Of a stretch of 64,000 nt of DNA, positions 13,700-22,626 are shown in pieces. Below the pieces are notes generated by a model. The model searched no databases, was not told the origin of the DNA, and was given only the letters and a program-made list of their open reading frames with translations. Positions within the stretch are counted from its first letter, which is position 1, and every line of letters starts with the position of its first letter. Source of the stretch: Eledone cirrhosa (Eukaryota); the NCBI GenBank assembly GCA_964016885.1, contig OZ024742.1:307644001-307708000 (forward strand), written 5' to 3'. The translations under genes were made by a program, and so were the position numbers.

Positions 13700-15284
13700 T
13701 GTGAGCATTGCGTGGTTTAAGAATGAAATTATTAATAATTGTCTCCACTCCAGACACAAGGCCAGCAATTACCCAGTGCATTACAATAATACAATATACA
13801 TTTTGCTGAAGTTGCCTGTTATTGTTGTTGGCTATGTCGGTGGTGGTGCTGGGGCTTTTTATATTGTTGGTGGGGAAGGGGGAGCCAGCAGTGCCATAGT
13901 TGCGGACGTTTGGCCGGTGGCCTGGTCACTAAGTCAATCTATTTATATCTTTTGCTAGCCTCTCCCTTGTCTAGTGATACCGCCACCTTCCCCTTTCTTA
14001 AGTTAACAGAAGGTAATGGGGAATAGTGGTGGTAGCAATGACGGAGTGGTGGCGGCGGTGATGGGATAGTGGTGGCGGCGGTGGCGTTGTCGTTACTGAG
14101 TTTTGTTGAATAGACTGTATTTTTGTTTGATCTGTAGTATCTATGCGTTTGTGTCGCGTATGTTTAATATATGTGTTGACATATTCTCTTAATATTGGAA
14201 TTAACATTTTGTTAAAACTTGAAACAATAATAATAGTAATTATTATTATGATGCTGGGATTGGTGGTGGTGGTGGTGGTGGTGAAATTGCCGTTATCTGG
14301 CTGTTGTATTTAGTGTACACAGCGGGGTGATGGGGTAGGTAGTGTATCTAGTTTCTGGTGTTGGTGAAATTGCTGTTATTTGGCTGTTCTATATAGTATA
14401 GACAGAGGGGGTTTTCTTCCATTTATAACCATTTTCTTTTTTGAATATAAAATGTATAATACAAAATTGAATATTTGAGCGATATAACAATATATTATGG
14501 ATCTGAATTTTTATGAGACTTGATTCCGTGCTTTATGCATCATTTGTACTGGCCAGGTCACTAAGTCAATCTATTTATATCTTTTGCTAGCCTCTCCCTT
14601 GTCTAGTGATACCGCCACCTTCCCCTTTCTTAAGTTAACAGGGGAATAGTGGTGGTAGCAATGATGGATGGAGTGGTGGCGGCGGTGGCGTTGTCGTTAC
14701 TGAGTTTTTTTTTTATATGTAGTATCTATGCGTTTGTGTCGCGTATGTTTAATATCTGTGTTGAATAGACTAGTTTTGTTTGATCTGTAGTATCTATGCG
14801 TTTGTCCCGCGTATGTTTAATATATGCGTTGGGATATTCCTGTAAAATTGGAATTAAACATTCTGTTAAAACTTGAGACAATAATAATAGTAATTATTAT
14901 TATGATGCTGGGATTGGTGGTGGTGGTGGTGAAATTGCCGTTATCTGGCTGTTATATTTAGTGTACACAGTGGGGTGATGGGGTAGGTGGTGTATCAAGT
15001 TTCTGGTGTTGGTGAAATTGCTGTTATTTGGCTGTTCTATATAGTGTAGACAGAGGGAGTTTTCTTCCATTTATAACCATTTTCTTTTTTGAATATAAAA
15101 TATATAATACAAAATTGAATATTTGAGCGATATAACAATATATTATGGATCCGAAATTTTATGAGACTTGATTCGGTGGTTTATGCATTATTTGTACTAA
15201 GAACTGTTATTTCACAATTGATTTAAATATGTTAAAAATCAAAAACTTAGGGGAGCGATTTCATGACCTTCTACCACCACGTGC
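13700..15284 (-). mobile_element. 5' leader module A upstream of R4 element A, with ~630 bp internal tandem duplication
   Basis: 13918-14549 is similar to 14550-15198. The module is homologous to 19320-20247 and starts directly after a (TAA)n(GAA)n tract. Confidence 0.75.
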
Positions 15285-15364
15285 TTCTTCTTCTTCTTCT
15301 TCTTCTTCTTCTTCTTCTTCTTCTTCTTCTTCTTCTTCTTCTTCTTCTTCTTCTTCTTCTTCTT

Positions 15365-15395
<31 letters not shown>

Positions 15396-15433
15396 TTATT
15401 ATTATTATTATTATTATTATTGTTATTGTTATT
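15285..15433. repeat. (TTC)n-(TTA)n compound microsatellite at element junction
   Basis: Direct reading. Confidence 0.97.
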
Positions 15434-18400
15434 CCTTGAATCTCAGTCATTGATGTTGGTTAACTGGAAAGTCCGTTGGATTGAATATCAAGCCACTACC
15501 TGCAGCCTCAGATATTCAGGACGTATCGGAGGGTTCTTGCCGTTCCAAGCAAGCATGCCTTTTGAAGCGTTCCAAAAAGCGTGAAGGGGCCGATTTTCTT
15601 TAACCATCCCTGGAAACCTTTGGAGATAGTCCCCAGTGCGCCTATGACAATCGGGATCACTTTGACTTCATGGCAGTTCCAAATCCTTTTCACCTCCCAC
15701 TTTAGGTCCTGGTATCGGTTAATTTTCTCCCTCTCCTTCTCTTGCACTCTCGTGTCGAACGGGCAGGCCACATCCACAATCAGGCACGATCTTTTTTCTT
15801 TGTCCACAACCACCAGGTCAGGTCTATTGTGTTCCAGTTTTTTGTCCGTCTGTATCCTAAAATCCCACAGCACCTTCACCTGACTGTTCTCCATCACCGC
15901 CTCTGGCCTATGCTCATACCATTTCTCAGAATGTGGTAGATTGTTTACTTTGCACAGGTGCCAGTGGATCACCCTGCCCATCACATCGTGTCTCCAGCCC
16001 TTATAGTGGGTCTGGGCTAGGTGTTTACACTCGGACACAATGTGAGCCACAGTCTCCTCTCTCTCTCCACAGATCCTGCACAGTGGGCTAGCCTCCTCCT
16101 TGTAGATATGGTGCTTCAACCACTTCGTTTTGAGGGCCTGCTCCTGCGCAGCCATTAGCATTCCTTCTGTAGCCTTTTTGAGGTCTCCTCTTCTCAACCA
16201 GTTCCATGTCTGTGGATCTCTAAATTCAGTTTTCTCAAAGAAGGTACTATGAAGGGATTTTCCCTTAAGGCTGCTCTTCCTCCTTGATGTTATTTCCTCC
16301 TTGGGTATCCCCTGGCCTACTGTCCCCTCCTTCAGTACAGCTTTGAGCATTGGCTCCTTACTATAGGTCACGTATTTGTATAGGTTGTTTTTCTCCATCT
16401 GAACACAGTCCTCTATGCTGATAAGACCTCTTCCACCCTCAGATCTCCTTAGGTAGAGTCTATCGACATCACTCCTCTTGTGGAACATGTTGTAGATAGT
16501 CAATAGCTTCCTAGTCTTCCTATCCATTTCTTTTTGTTCAGCAACATTCCATCTCAGAATTCCCGCACTGTACCTAATAATAGACACAGCTCGGGAATTT
16601 ACTGCGCTTATGGCATTTCTGCTGTTCAGATGTGACTTCAATACGCTCCTTACTCTCCGAATGTATTCAGTTCTTAACAATTCCTTCATTTTTTTGTTCT
16701 TTATGCCATCAGCCTCCAGAACGCCCAAATACTTGTATCCTTCCTCAGAGTCAATTTCCTTTATCATCTCACCTGTTGGTATCTGGATCCCGTTACTTCT
16801 GCTCAACCTACCCCTCCTCATCACAATGACTCCACATTTACCAATACCAAACTGCATACATATATCACTGCTGAAAATACGGACAGTGTCAACAAGCACA
16901 TCCAACTCCTTCTCACTTTTCCCGAAGAGCTTAAGATCGTCCATGAAGAGGAGGTGATTGATGGTAAGCTCTCCCCTTCCCAACTTGTATCCTGCTCTCA
17001 CTTTTCGCAGCATAATGGTCAAGGGCATCAGGGCAAGGACAAACAACAGAGGGGACAGGCTATCTCCCTGGAAGATACCTCTCTTGATCTTCACGCTTCC
17101 CAAGGATACTCCAGTTGATGTCAACTCTGTCTCCCAGGACCCCATACTCCTGCCCAGCAACTGTCTGATGTTATCTGCCACCCTGAAGATCTCCAGGCTT
17201 TTGGTGATCCAGGAATGAGGCACCATGTCAAATGCCTTTCTGTAGTCTATCCATCCCATGGCAAGATCAGTGTGTCTCCTCCTGCAATTCCCCATTACCA
17301 TCTTATCAATAAGCAACTGGTCCTTTGTACCACGTGACTTCTTTCGGCATCCTTTCTGTTCGTCCGGCAACAAGTTGTTTGTGTGGAGGTGATGGTAGAT
17401 TTCCTCAGACACAATGCTCGTCAACAGTTTCCACATTACGGGCAGACATGTGATAGGTCTATAGTTGGTAACATCATTACCCTTGATTCGGTCTTTCATT
17501 ATCAGAACTGTGGTACCTTTTGTCAACCACTCTGGCACCTCACCCGACACCAAGCAGTCATTGAACATGGCCGTCAGCTTCGGGTGGAGGGATGTTAAAT
17601 GTTTAATCCAATACCCCTGCACACCATCTGGGCCTGGTGATTTCCAGTTGGTTAGTTTTTTGGCTTGCCCCTTAAGAGTTTCAACTGTGATACTCAAATC
17701 AGTCTGTTGCTGTGCCTGCTCACCGATCTCCCTCTGTACTGTCTCAATCCACCCTGCCTGGGCATTGTGTCTAACATCCTGCTCCCATATTCCTCTCCAG
17801 AATGTTTTAGCTTGTTCCGCCCCAGGGATCAAGTCGTTGCCTCTTTCTTTCCCCTCAAGCTGTCCAAACAGCATCTTCTGGTTGTTGTCGAACATGACTC
17901 TGTTCTCGTATCGCCTGATTTTGGCACTCTTTGCTACAATGCGTTGCTTCAATTCCTCTATGATAATATTTAGCTTTTTACTCCTAGTTTTGTATTTTAT
18001 TTCCAGTCTATTTTTAGTGCCTATGTTTTTTAGTGTCCCATTCAGTAGTGACTCAAGCTTTCCTATGTCATTTCTCATTTCCCCGATTTGCCCACTCAGT
18101 CGCTTCTTCCACCACGGCTCTGCTCTTTCTTGTCTGTTGTTTCCTCTCGCTTTTATACCAAGTAGTTTCCTCACCGTATTTGCTGTTGCTTTGAGGATAT
18201 TGTTGCACTGGTGAAGACTCCTCGCCTCAAGGTATGGGATGACTTTGTTTACCTTAGCTGTTGTTTCTTTTAACTTTTTCCTGTCTACAAATCTTAGGTT
18301 CATAGGTCTCCCACTATCATTGTTCAACTCATCTACCACTAAATTTAGGATGTCAACCGAATCTTGTCCTATCCCGTCAGCATTCATCTCCTCAGTGGCC

Positions 18401-19320
18401 GTATCTCTGTTCCAGGTATTATTTATCTCAGTATTCAGATCATTGTCTGCTTCGGGTGGTTCCTCCGTTCTCAGGACCTCCTCACCTTCATTTCCCGCCG
18501 GCTCGCTTGTCTGGCATACTACACCCGCCATCTCCAAGCCATTCTCTCTGCTCAGTTCCTCCAGTTCCAGCTCGCTTATCCACCCATTAGTTCTTATTAC
18601 CCGAGCCTGCCCGGCCAATTTTTGTTCATCTAATTTAAATAAACCAATCTCGTTCCAGATGTTATGCATCCGTCTCCTGTAGCCCCTCTCCTTGGGGTTA
18701 CTTTTCAGGTAGCATTGCATAACAGTTCTATTCAATTCTTTCGTCCAGTTGGTTCTGGCCCCTTTCCTTCTTCTTCTTCCTCCAACATCAGCAGTATTTG
18801 GTTGACAGTCAGGTTCCTGCTGCTGAGCCAGGGGGCACCTGTTGGGTGAGAGTCTGTCACATGACGTTCTAGTCTCCATTTCACCGTTATTCGAACTGTT
18901 TATGTTCGATATTTAAACACTCTTATCGAGGATTGGCGAATGTATGTTTACATAGCCATCTGTGGATCCGCCATCCCACTTGGCCCTTGTGTGGCATTAT
19001 CACCACGCTGTATACGGACACACATAAACAAACAAACACACGGGCAGAAAGGGCCCCAAAAATGAATAAGCATAAGTTTCATTGTAATGTAGTATTCGAA
19101 TGTCTGACTTAGTTTTTGTTTTTTAAGTTTTACTTTTTCCCCCCTCTTCTCTGTCCGTCCGCCTGCTTCTCTCTTCATTCTTATTTTCTTTACGTTTTTG
19201 GGGTTTCTTTTTTTGTTTTTGTTTTTCTCTGTTTTTCTCGTTTTTTACTGTTGTTGCTGTGCTGCTTTTGTTGTTTGTTTTTTCTTTTTTCTTTTGAGTC
19301 TATCTATATATTTTGATGCC
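15434..19320 (-). mobile_element. R4/Dong-clade non-LTR retrotransposon, family B (open ORF)
   Basis: Uninterrupted 1123-aa ORF with a short 3'UTR ending in a (TAA)n-like tract. Confidence 0.93.
15508..18879 (-). CDS. R4-type reverse transcriptase / zinc-finger / REL endonuclease polyprotein
   Basis: N-terminal WTKELN..VM.CY, YRPITCL, EQKGCRK.SRGTKDQLLID, WIDYRKAFD, QGDSLSPLLF, FMDDLKL, CRIC..ETVAHI..C, RHD, RPDLV..D. Confidence 0.95.
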   Translation of the reverse strand: METRTSCDRLSPNRCPLAQQQEPDCQPNTADVGGRRRRKGARTNWTKELNRTVMQCYLKSNPKERGYRRRMHNIWNEIGLFKLDEQKLAGQARVIRTNGWISELELEELSRENGLEMAGVVCQTSEPAGNEGEEVLRTEEPPEADNDLNTEINNTWNRDTATEEMNADGIGQDSVDILNLVVDELNNDSGRPMNLRFVDRKKLKETTAKVNKVIPYLEARSLHQCNNILKATANTVRKLLGIKARGNNRQERAEPWWKKRLSGQIGEMRNDIGKLESLLNGTLKNIGTKNRLEIKYKTRSKKLNIIIEELKQRIVAKSAKIRRYENRVMFDNNQKMLFGQLEGKERGNDLIPGAEQAKTFWRGIWEQDVRHNAQAGWIETVQREIGEQAQQQTDLSITVETLKGQAKKLTNWKSPGPDGVQGYWIKHLTSLHPKLTAMFNDCLVSGEVPEWLTKGTTVLIMKDRIKGNDVTNYRPITCLPVMWKLLTSIVSEEIYHHLHTNNLLPDEQKGCRKKSRGTKDQLLIDKMVMGNCRRRHTDLAMGWIDYRKAFDMVPHSWITKSLEIFRVADNIRQLLGRSMGSWETELTSTGVSLGSVKIKRGIFQGDSLSPLLFVLALMPLTIMLRKVRAGYKLGRGELTINHLLFMDDLKLFGKSEKELDVLVDTVRIFSSDICMQFGIGKCGVIVMRRGRLSRSNGIQIPTGEMIKEIDSEEGYKYLGVLEADGIKNKKMKELLRTEYIRRVRSVLKSHLNSRNAISAVNSRAVSIIRYSAGILRWNVAEQKEMDRKTRKLLTIYNMFHKRSDVDRLYLRRSEGGRGLISIEDCVQMEKNNLYKYVTYSKEPMLKAVLKEGTVGQGIPKEEITSRRKSSLKGKSLHSTFFEKTEFRDPQTWNWLRRGDLKKATEGMLMAAQEQALKTKWLKHHIYKEEASPLCRICGEREETVAHIVSECKHLAQTHYKGWRHDVMGRVIHWHLCKVNNLPHSEKWYEHRPEAVMENSQVKVLWDFRIQTDKKLEHNRPDLVVVDKEKRSCLIVDVACPFDTRVQEKEREKINRYQDLKWEVKRIWNCHEVKVIPIVIGALGTISKGFQGWLKKIGPFTLFGTLQKACLLGTARTLRYVLNI

Positions 19321-20247
19321 TTCCTCTTTGTTAGTAGTAGGAATTCTATAATGTGGAAGTGGTAGCCAGCAGAGACTGGCGGCGTTGGCGATACTGAGAC
19401 AGTGGTGGTGGTGATGTCGATACCGAGGCAGTGGTGGCGGTGATGCGACCGTATTACTGTAGTGATGGTGCTGTAGCGGTGGCAGCAGCAGTGAAGGAGT
19501 CAGGGGGTGGTGGCGGCGGTGATGGGATAGTGGTGGTAATGATGGCCGTAGTGAGCGGTGGCGGTGAAGGTGAAAATGCTGTTGTGTTTAGTGTACACAG
19601 ATGATGGGGTGGGTGGTGTATCTAGTTTCTGGTGTTGGTGAGTTTCGCTGTCCTATATAGTGTAGCCAGAGGAGAGGAGGGGGGGGGGGTTCTTCTTCTT
19701 CCATTTATAGCCATTTTATTTTTTTTGGGGTATACAGTGTACAATACAAAGTTGAATATTTGAATATTTGAGCCGTATTACTGTAGTGATGTAGCTGTAG
19801 CGGTGGCAGCAGCGGTGAAGGAGTCAAGGGGTGGTGGCGGCGGTGATGGGATAGTGGTGATAATGATGGCCGTAGTGAGCGGTGGCGGTGAAGGTGAAAA
19901 TGCTGTTGTGTTTAGTGTACACAGATGATGGGGTGGGTGGTGTATCTAGTTTCTGGTGTTGGTGAGTTTAGCTGTCCTATATAGTGTAGCCAGAGGAGAG
20001 GAGGGGGGGGGTTCTTCTTCTTCCATTTATAGCCATTTTTTTTTGGATATACAGTGTACAATACAAAGTTGAATATTTGAATATTTGAGCCTTATAACAA
20101 TATATTTTGGGTCCGAATTTTTTGGGGGCTCAAGCCGGGTGCTTTACGTAGCATTTGTACTAAGAGTTGTTATTTCACAAATGATTTAAATATGTTAAAA
20201 ATTCAAAACTTACGGGAGCGATTTCATGACCTCCGTCACCTCGTGCG
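19320..20247 (-). mobile_element. 5' leader module B upstream of R4 element B, with ~320 bp tandem duplication
   Basis: 19449-19772 is similar to 19773-20090. Homologous to module A (e.g. TTTGTACTAAGA..TGTTATTTCACAA.TGATTTAAATATGTTAAAA, GGGAGCGATTTCATGACC). Confidence 0.75.
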
Positions 20248-20494
20248 TCTTCTTCTTCTTCTTCTTATTATTATTATTATTGAATGCCATGGTTGACGGA
20301 GGCTCGGCTCTGTAAGTATAGTAATTTTTAACCGTTAAAACAATTGTAAATTGTTTAAAACTTGAACCAAATTGTTGATAAAGACACCCTCCTCCTCGTG
20401 AGAGGGGTCTTTCTGTCCGTTATTTGGCCCTTCGGGGTTAAATAACCAGTTATTGGGGTTTTGTACCCAATATTCATTTTAAACAAAAAACAAC

Positions 20495-22591
20495 ATGGCT
20501 ACGAAAAAGAAATTTCATACGTCACTCCCACTCATTCCGTCTTCTTCTTTCTCAATCATCACTACAGCAGAGAGAAGATTGTCTCTCTCCCTCCCTTCTT
20601 TAAATGTGTCTCTCTCCCTCCCTTCTCTTTCGCAAGTGACGAAAGAAAAGAAAAGTCTCGTGCAAAGCGTGCAAGGTTTCTCCACGACGACGACGACAGC
20701 CACGAAACAGGTGTGCGGGAAATACGAAAACCCAGTTCATTCGTCTGACGTCAGGAATAATAGCAGTAGCAGCCGTAATAACAACAGCAACAGTGACAAT
20801 GAAAACAACAGTAGCAGCCGCAACAGCATCACCAGCAGCATAAACAACAACAGCATTAGCAGCAGCAACACCAACAACAACCACAGCAACAGCGGCGGAG
20901 GCAGTAGTCGTAGTACCTGCAGCAACAACAAAAGTACCAGCAGCTCTGACGACAACAACAACAGCAGAGAAAAACCAATCTCATTTGCAGGTATTGCGAA
21001 AAACTTGGAAACAATCCTCATAACAAATGAGGAATTAGAGGAAGCGAAGAAGATGGTGACAAAGAACGGACACCGAGCAATCTGCAAGGCAGCGGAAAAA
21101 TTTTTCAAAACCCAAGAGCACTGTACGGTCACGTACCGTACAGTAAGTACAAAATCCCGTAGGGTGGAAAGAGCCACAGAGGCCCAAATACAAAAAGCCT
21201 TGGGGTCTGTGTGGCAGCGGAAAACGCACATCACCCGAGGCAAAAAATATGCCACCGTAGACGTACTTTTTGCCACACCCCAGGAGGCAAAGGCCCAATC
21301 AGTAGTGACCCTAAGGAGCGAGGAAATGGTGTTGGTGCCCTCCTACTGCGGGCAAAAAATTGTGAGGGTCAAACTGACCCACGTCCCCCCCGGAATGACC
21401 CCTTCTTGGCTGGCCGCGTCTGTCCTAATCGGAATCGAGGACAAAACAACTGTACTGCAAGTACAGAAAAAAGTAAGAGAAGATTGGGTCGGCTCCTCCA
21501 TTGAGATGCTAATCCAAACCAACCAGGAGTGCATCGAAGCTATCCCGGATGTGATAGACTTCGATAACGGCACTCAACTGCCCATAAGTGTTGAGGGCAA
21601 ACGCCCGAAATGCTTTCGCTGTGGATCGAAGACTCACCTCAGGGCCTTCTGCAACGAGAAGACCCTGAGAAAGGAGAAAACCCCCCTCCTTCCGAATCCG
21701 GCTCCACGGCTACCAGCAACAGGACAAGCGGCAACCAGGAACGATAGGCCCGTGGCACCCATACCCACGCCACGGAAATCAAAAACAGCAGCAGCAGTGG
21801 AAATACTAACAACAACAACAGCAATACCAAATGCAGCTGCAACAGAGACTCCAGTGCAAACATCACCAACAACAACAAGTGAAAGAGTGGAGCTGGTACC
21901 CCTCCCCGACCTCACAGAATCAGACATGGAGTGTGAGGTGGGAGAGAGATGGCAAAAGGTCGTAAGAAGGCACAAACGCAGAAGCAGCGCATCGTCGCCT
22001 TTGAAAAGGGAGGAAAGAAATGAGAAAAGGGTAAAGTCTACTGCAAAGAGACCCACAGCAGCAACAACACCAACACCATCACCACCCACACTAGCGCCAC
22101 CATCACCACCGGCGACAACCCCACCGCCAACAACACCTTCAACACCACCACCACAAGCACCAACATCGCAAACACAACAACAAAACACACACACCCAGCA
22201 ACAACGACAAGAAAATAGCAGAACCACACCCCACCCCCAGAAAAACAAATGCACGGCAATAAATACACACAACAAGAAACTAATGACTTACATAATTGAA
22301 CACACAGACATTTCACAACAGGACTACATAATACCAGCACCAATCAAAACGCCAACTAACATAAGACTGCTAAAAATAGCACAGAAACAATACACAAATA
22401 TTAAAACGAAATTCCCCAACGCAGTTGGTGATTTCAGGGACCTAGGAGGAACCATCAATCGAAGAGTATACTCAGACATTCTCTTAGAAGAGCCGACGAC
22501 CAGCCGAAGGGACGATTCAACGGTCCCTTCACCAGACGATCAAGTGAAAAGGGATGTAAAAACCATCCCTCCTCTACGAAAAGTACGGTAA
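20495..22591 (+). CDS. Tx1-type ORF1 nucleic-acid-binding protein
   Basis: 698-aa ORF with an S/N-rich N-terminus, SFA motif, zinc knuckle CFRCGSKTHLRAFC and a P/T-rich C-terminal half. Confidence 0.85.
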   Translation: MATKKKFHTSLPLIPSSSFSIITTAERRLSLSLPSLNVSLSLPSLSQVTKEKKSLVQSVQGFSTTTTTATKQVCGKYENPVHSSDVRNNSSSSRNNNSNSDNENNSSSRNSITSSINNNSISSSNTNNNHSNSGGGSSRSTCSNNKSTSSSDDNNNSREKPISFAGIAKNLETILITNEELEEAKKMVTKNGHRAICKAAEKFFKTQEHCTVTYRTVSTKSRRVERATEAQIQKALGSVWQRKTHITRGKKYATVDVLFATPQEAKAQSVVTLRSEEMVLVPSYCGQKIVRVKLTHVPPGMTPSWLAASVLIGIEDKTTVLQVQKKVREDWVGSSIEMLIQTNQECIEAIPDVIDFDNGTQLPISVEGKRPKCFRCGSKTHLRAFCNEKTLRKEKTPLLPNPAPRLPATGQAATRNDRPVAPIPTPRKSKTAAAVEILTTTTAIPNAAATETPVQTSPTTTSERVELVPLPDLTESDMECEVGERWQKVVRRHKRRSSASSPLKREERNEKRVKSTAKRPTAATTPTPSPPTLAPPSPPATTPPPTTPSTPPPQAPTSQTQQQNTHTQQQRQENSRTTPHPQKNKCTAINTHNKKLMTYIIEHTDISQQDYIIPAPIKTPTNIRLLKIAQKQYTNIKTKFPNAVGDFRDLGGTINRRVYSDILLEEPTTSRRDDSTVPSPDDQVKRDVKTIPPLRKVR

Positions 22592-22626
22592 GTGGTCTTT
22601 CCCATCTTTTCCACTCTATTTTAAAC

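Noticed and set aside
20385-20460. HDV-like ribozyme suggested by CCTCCTCGTG
   Set aside because: The flanks pair as a simple hairpin, and no P1/P1.1/P2 nested pseudoknot or J4/2 could be built.
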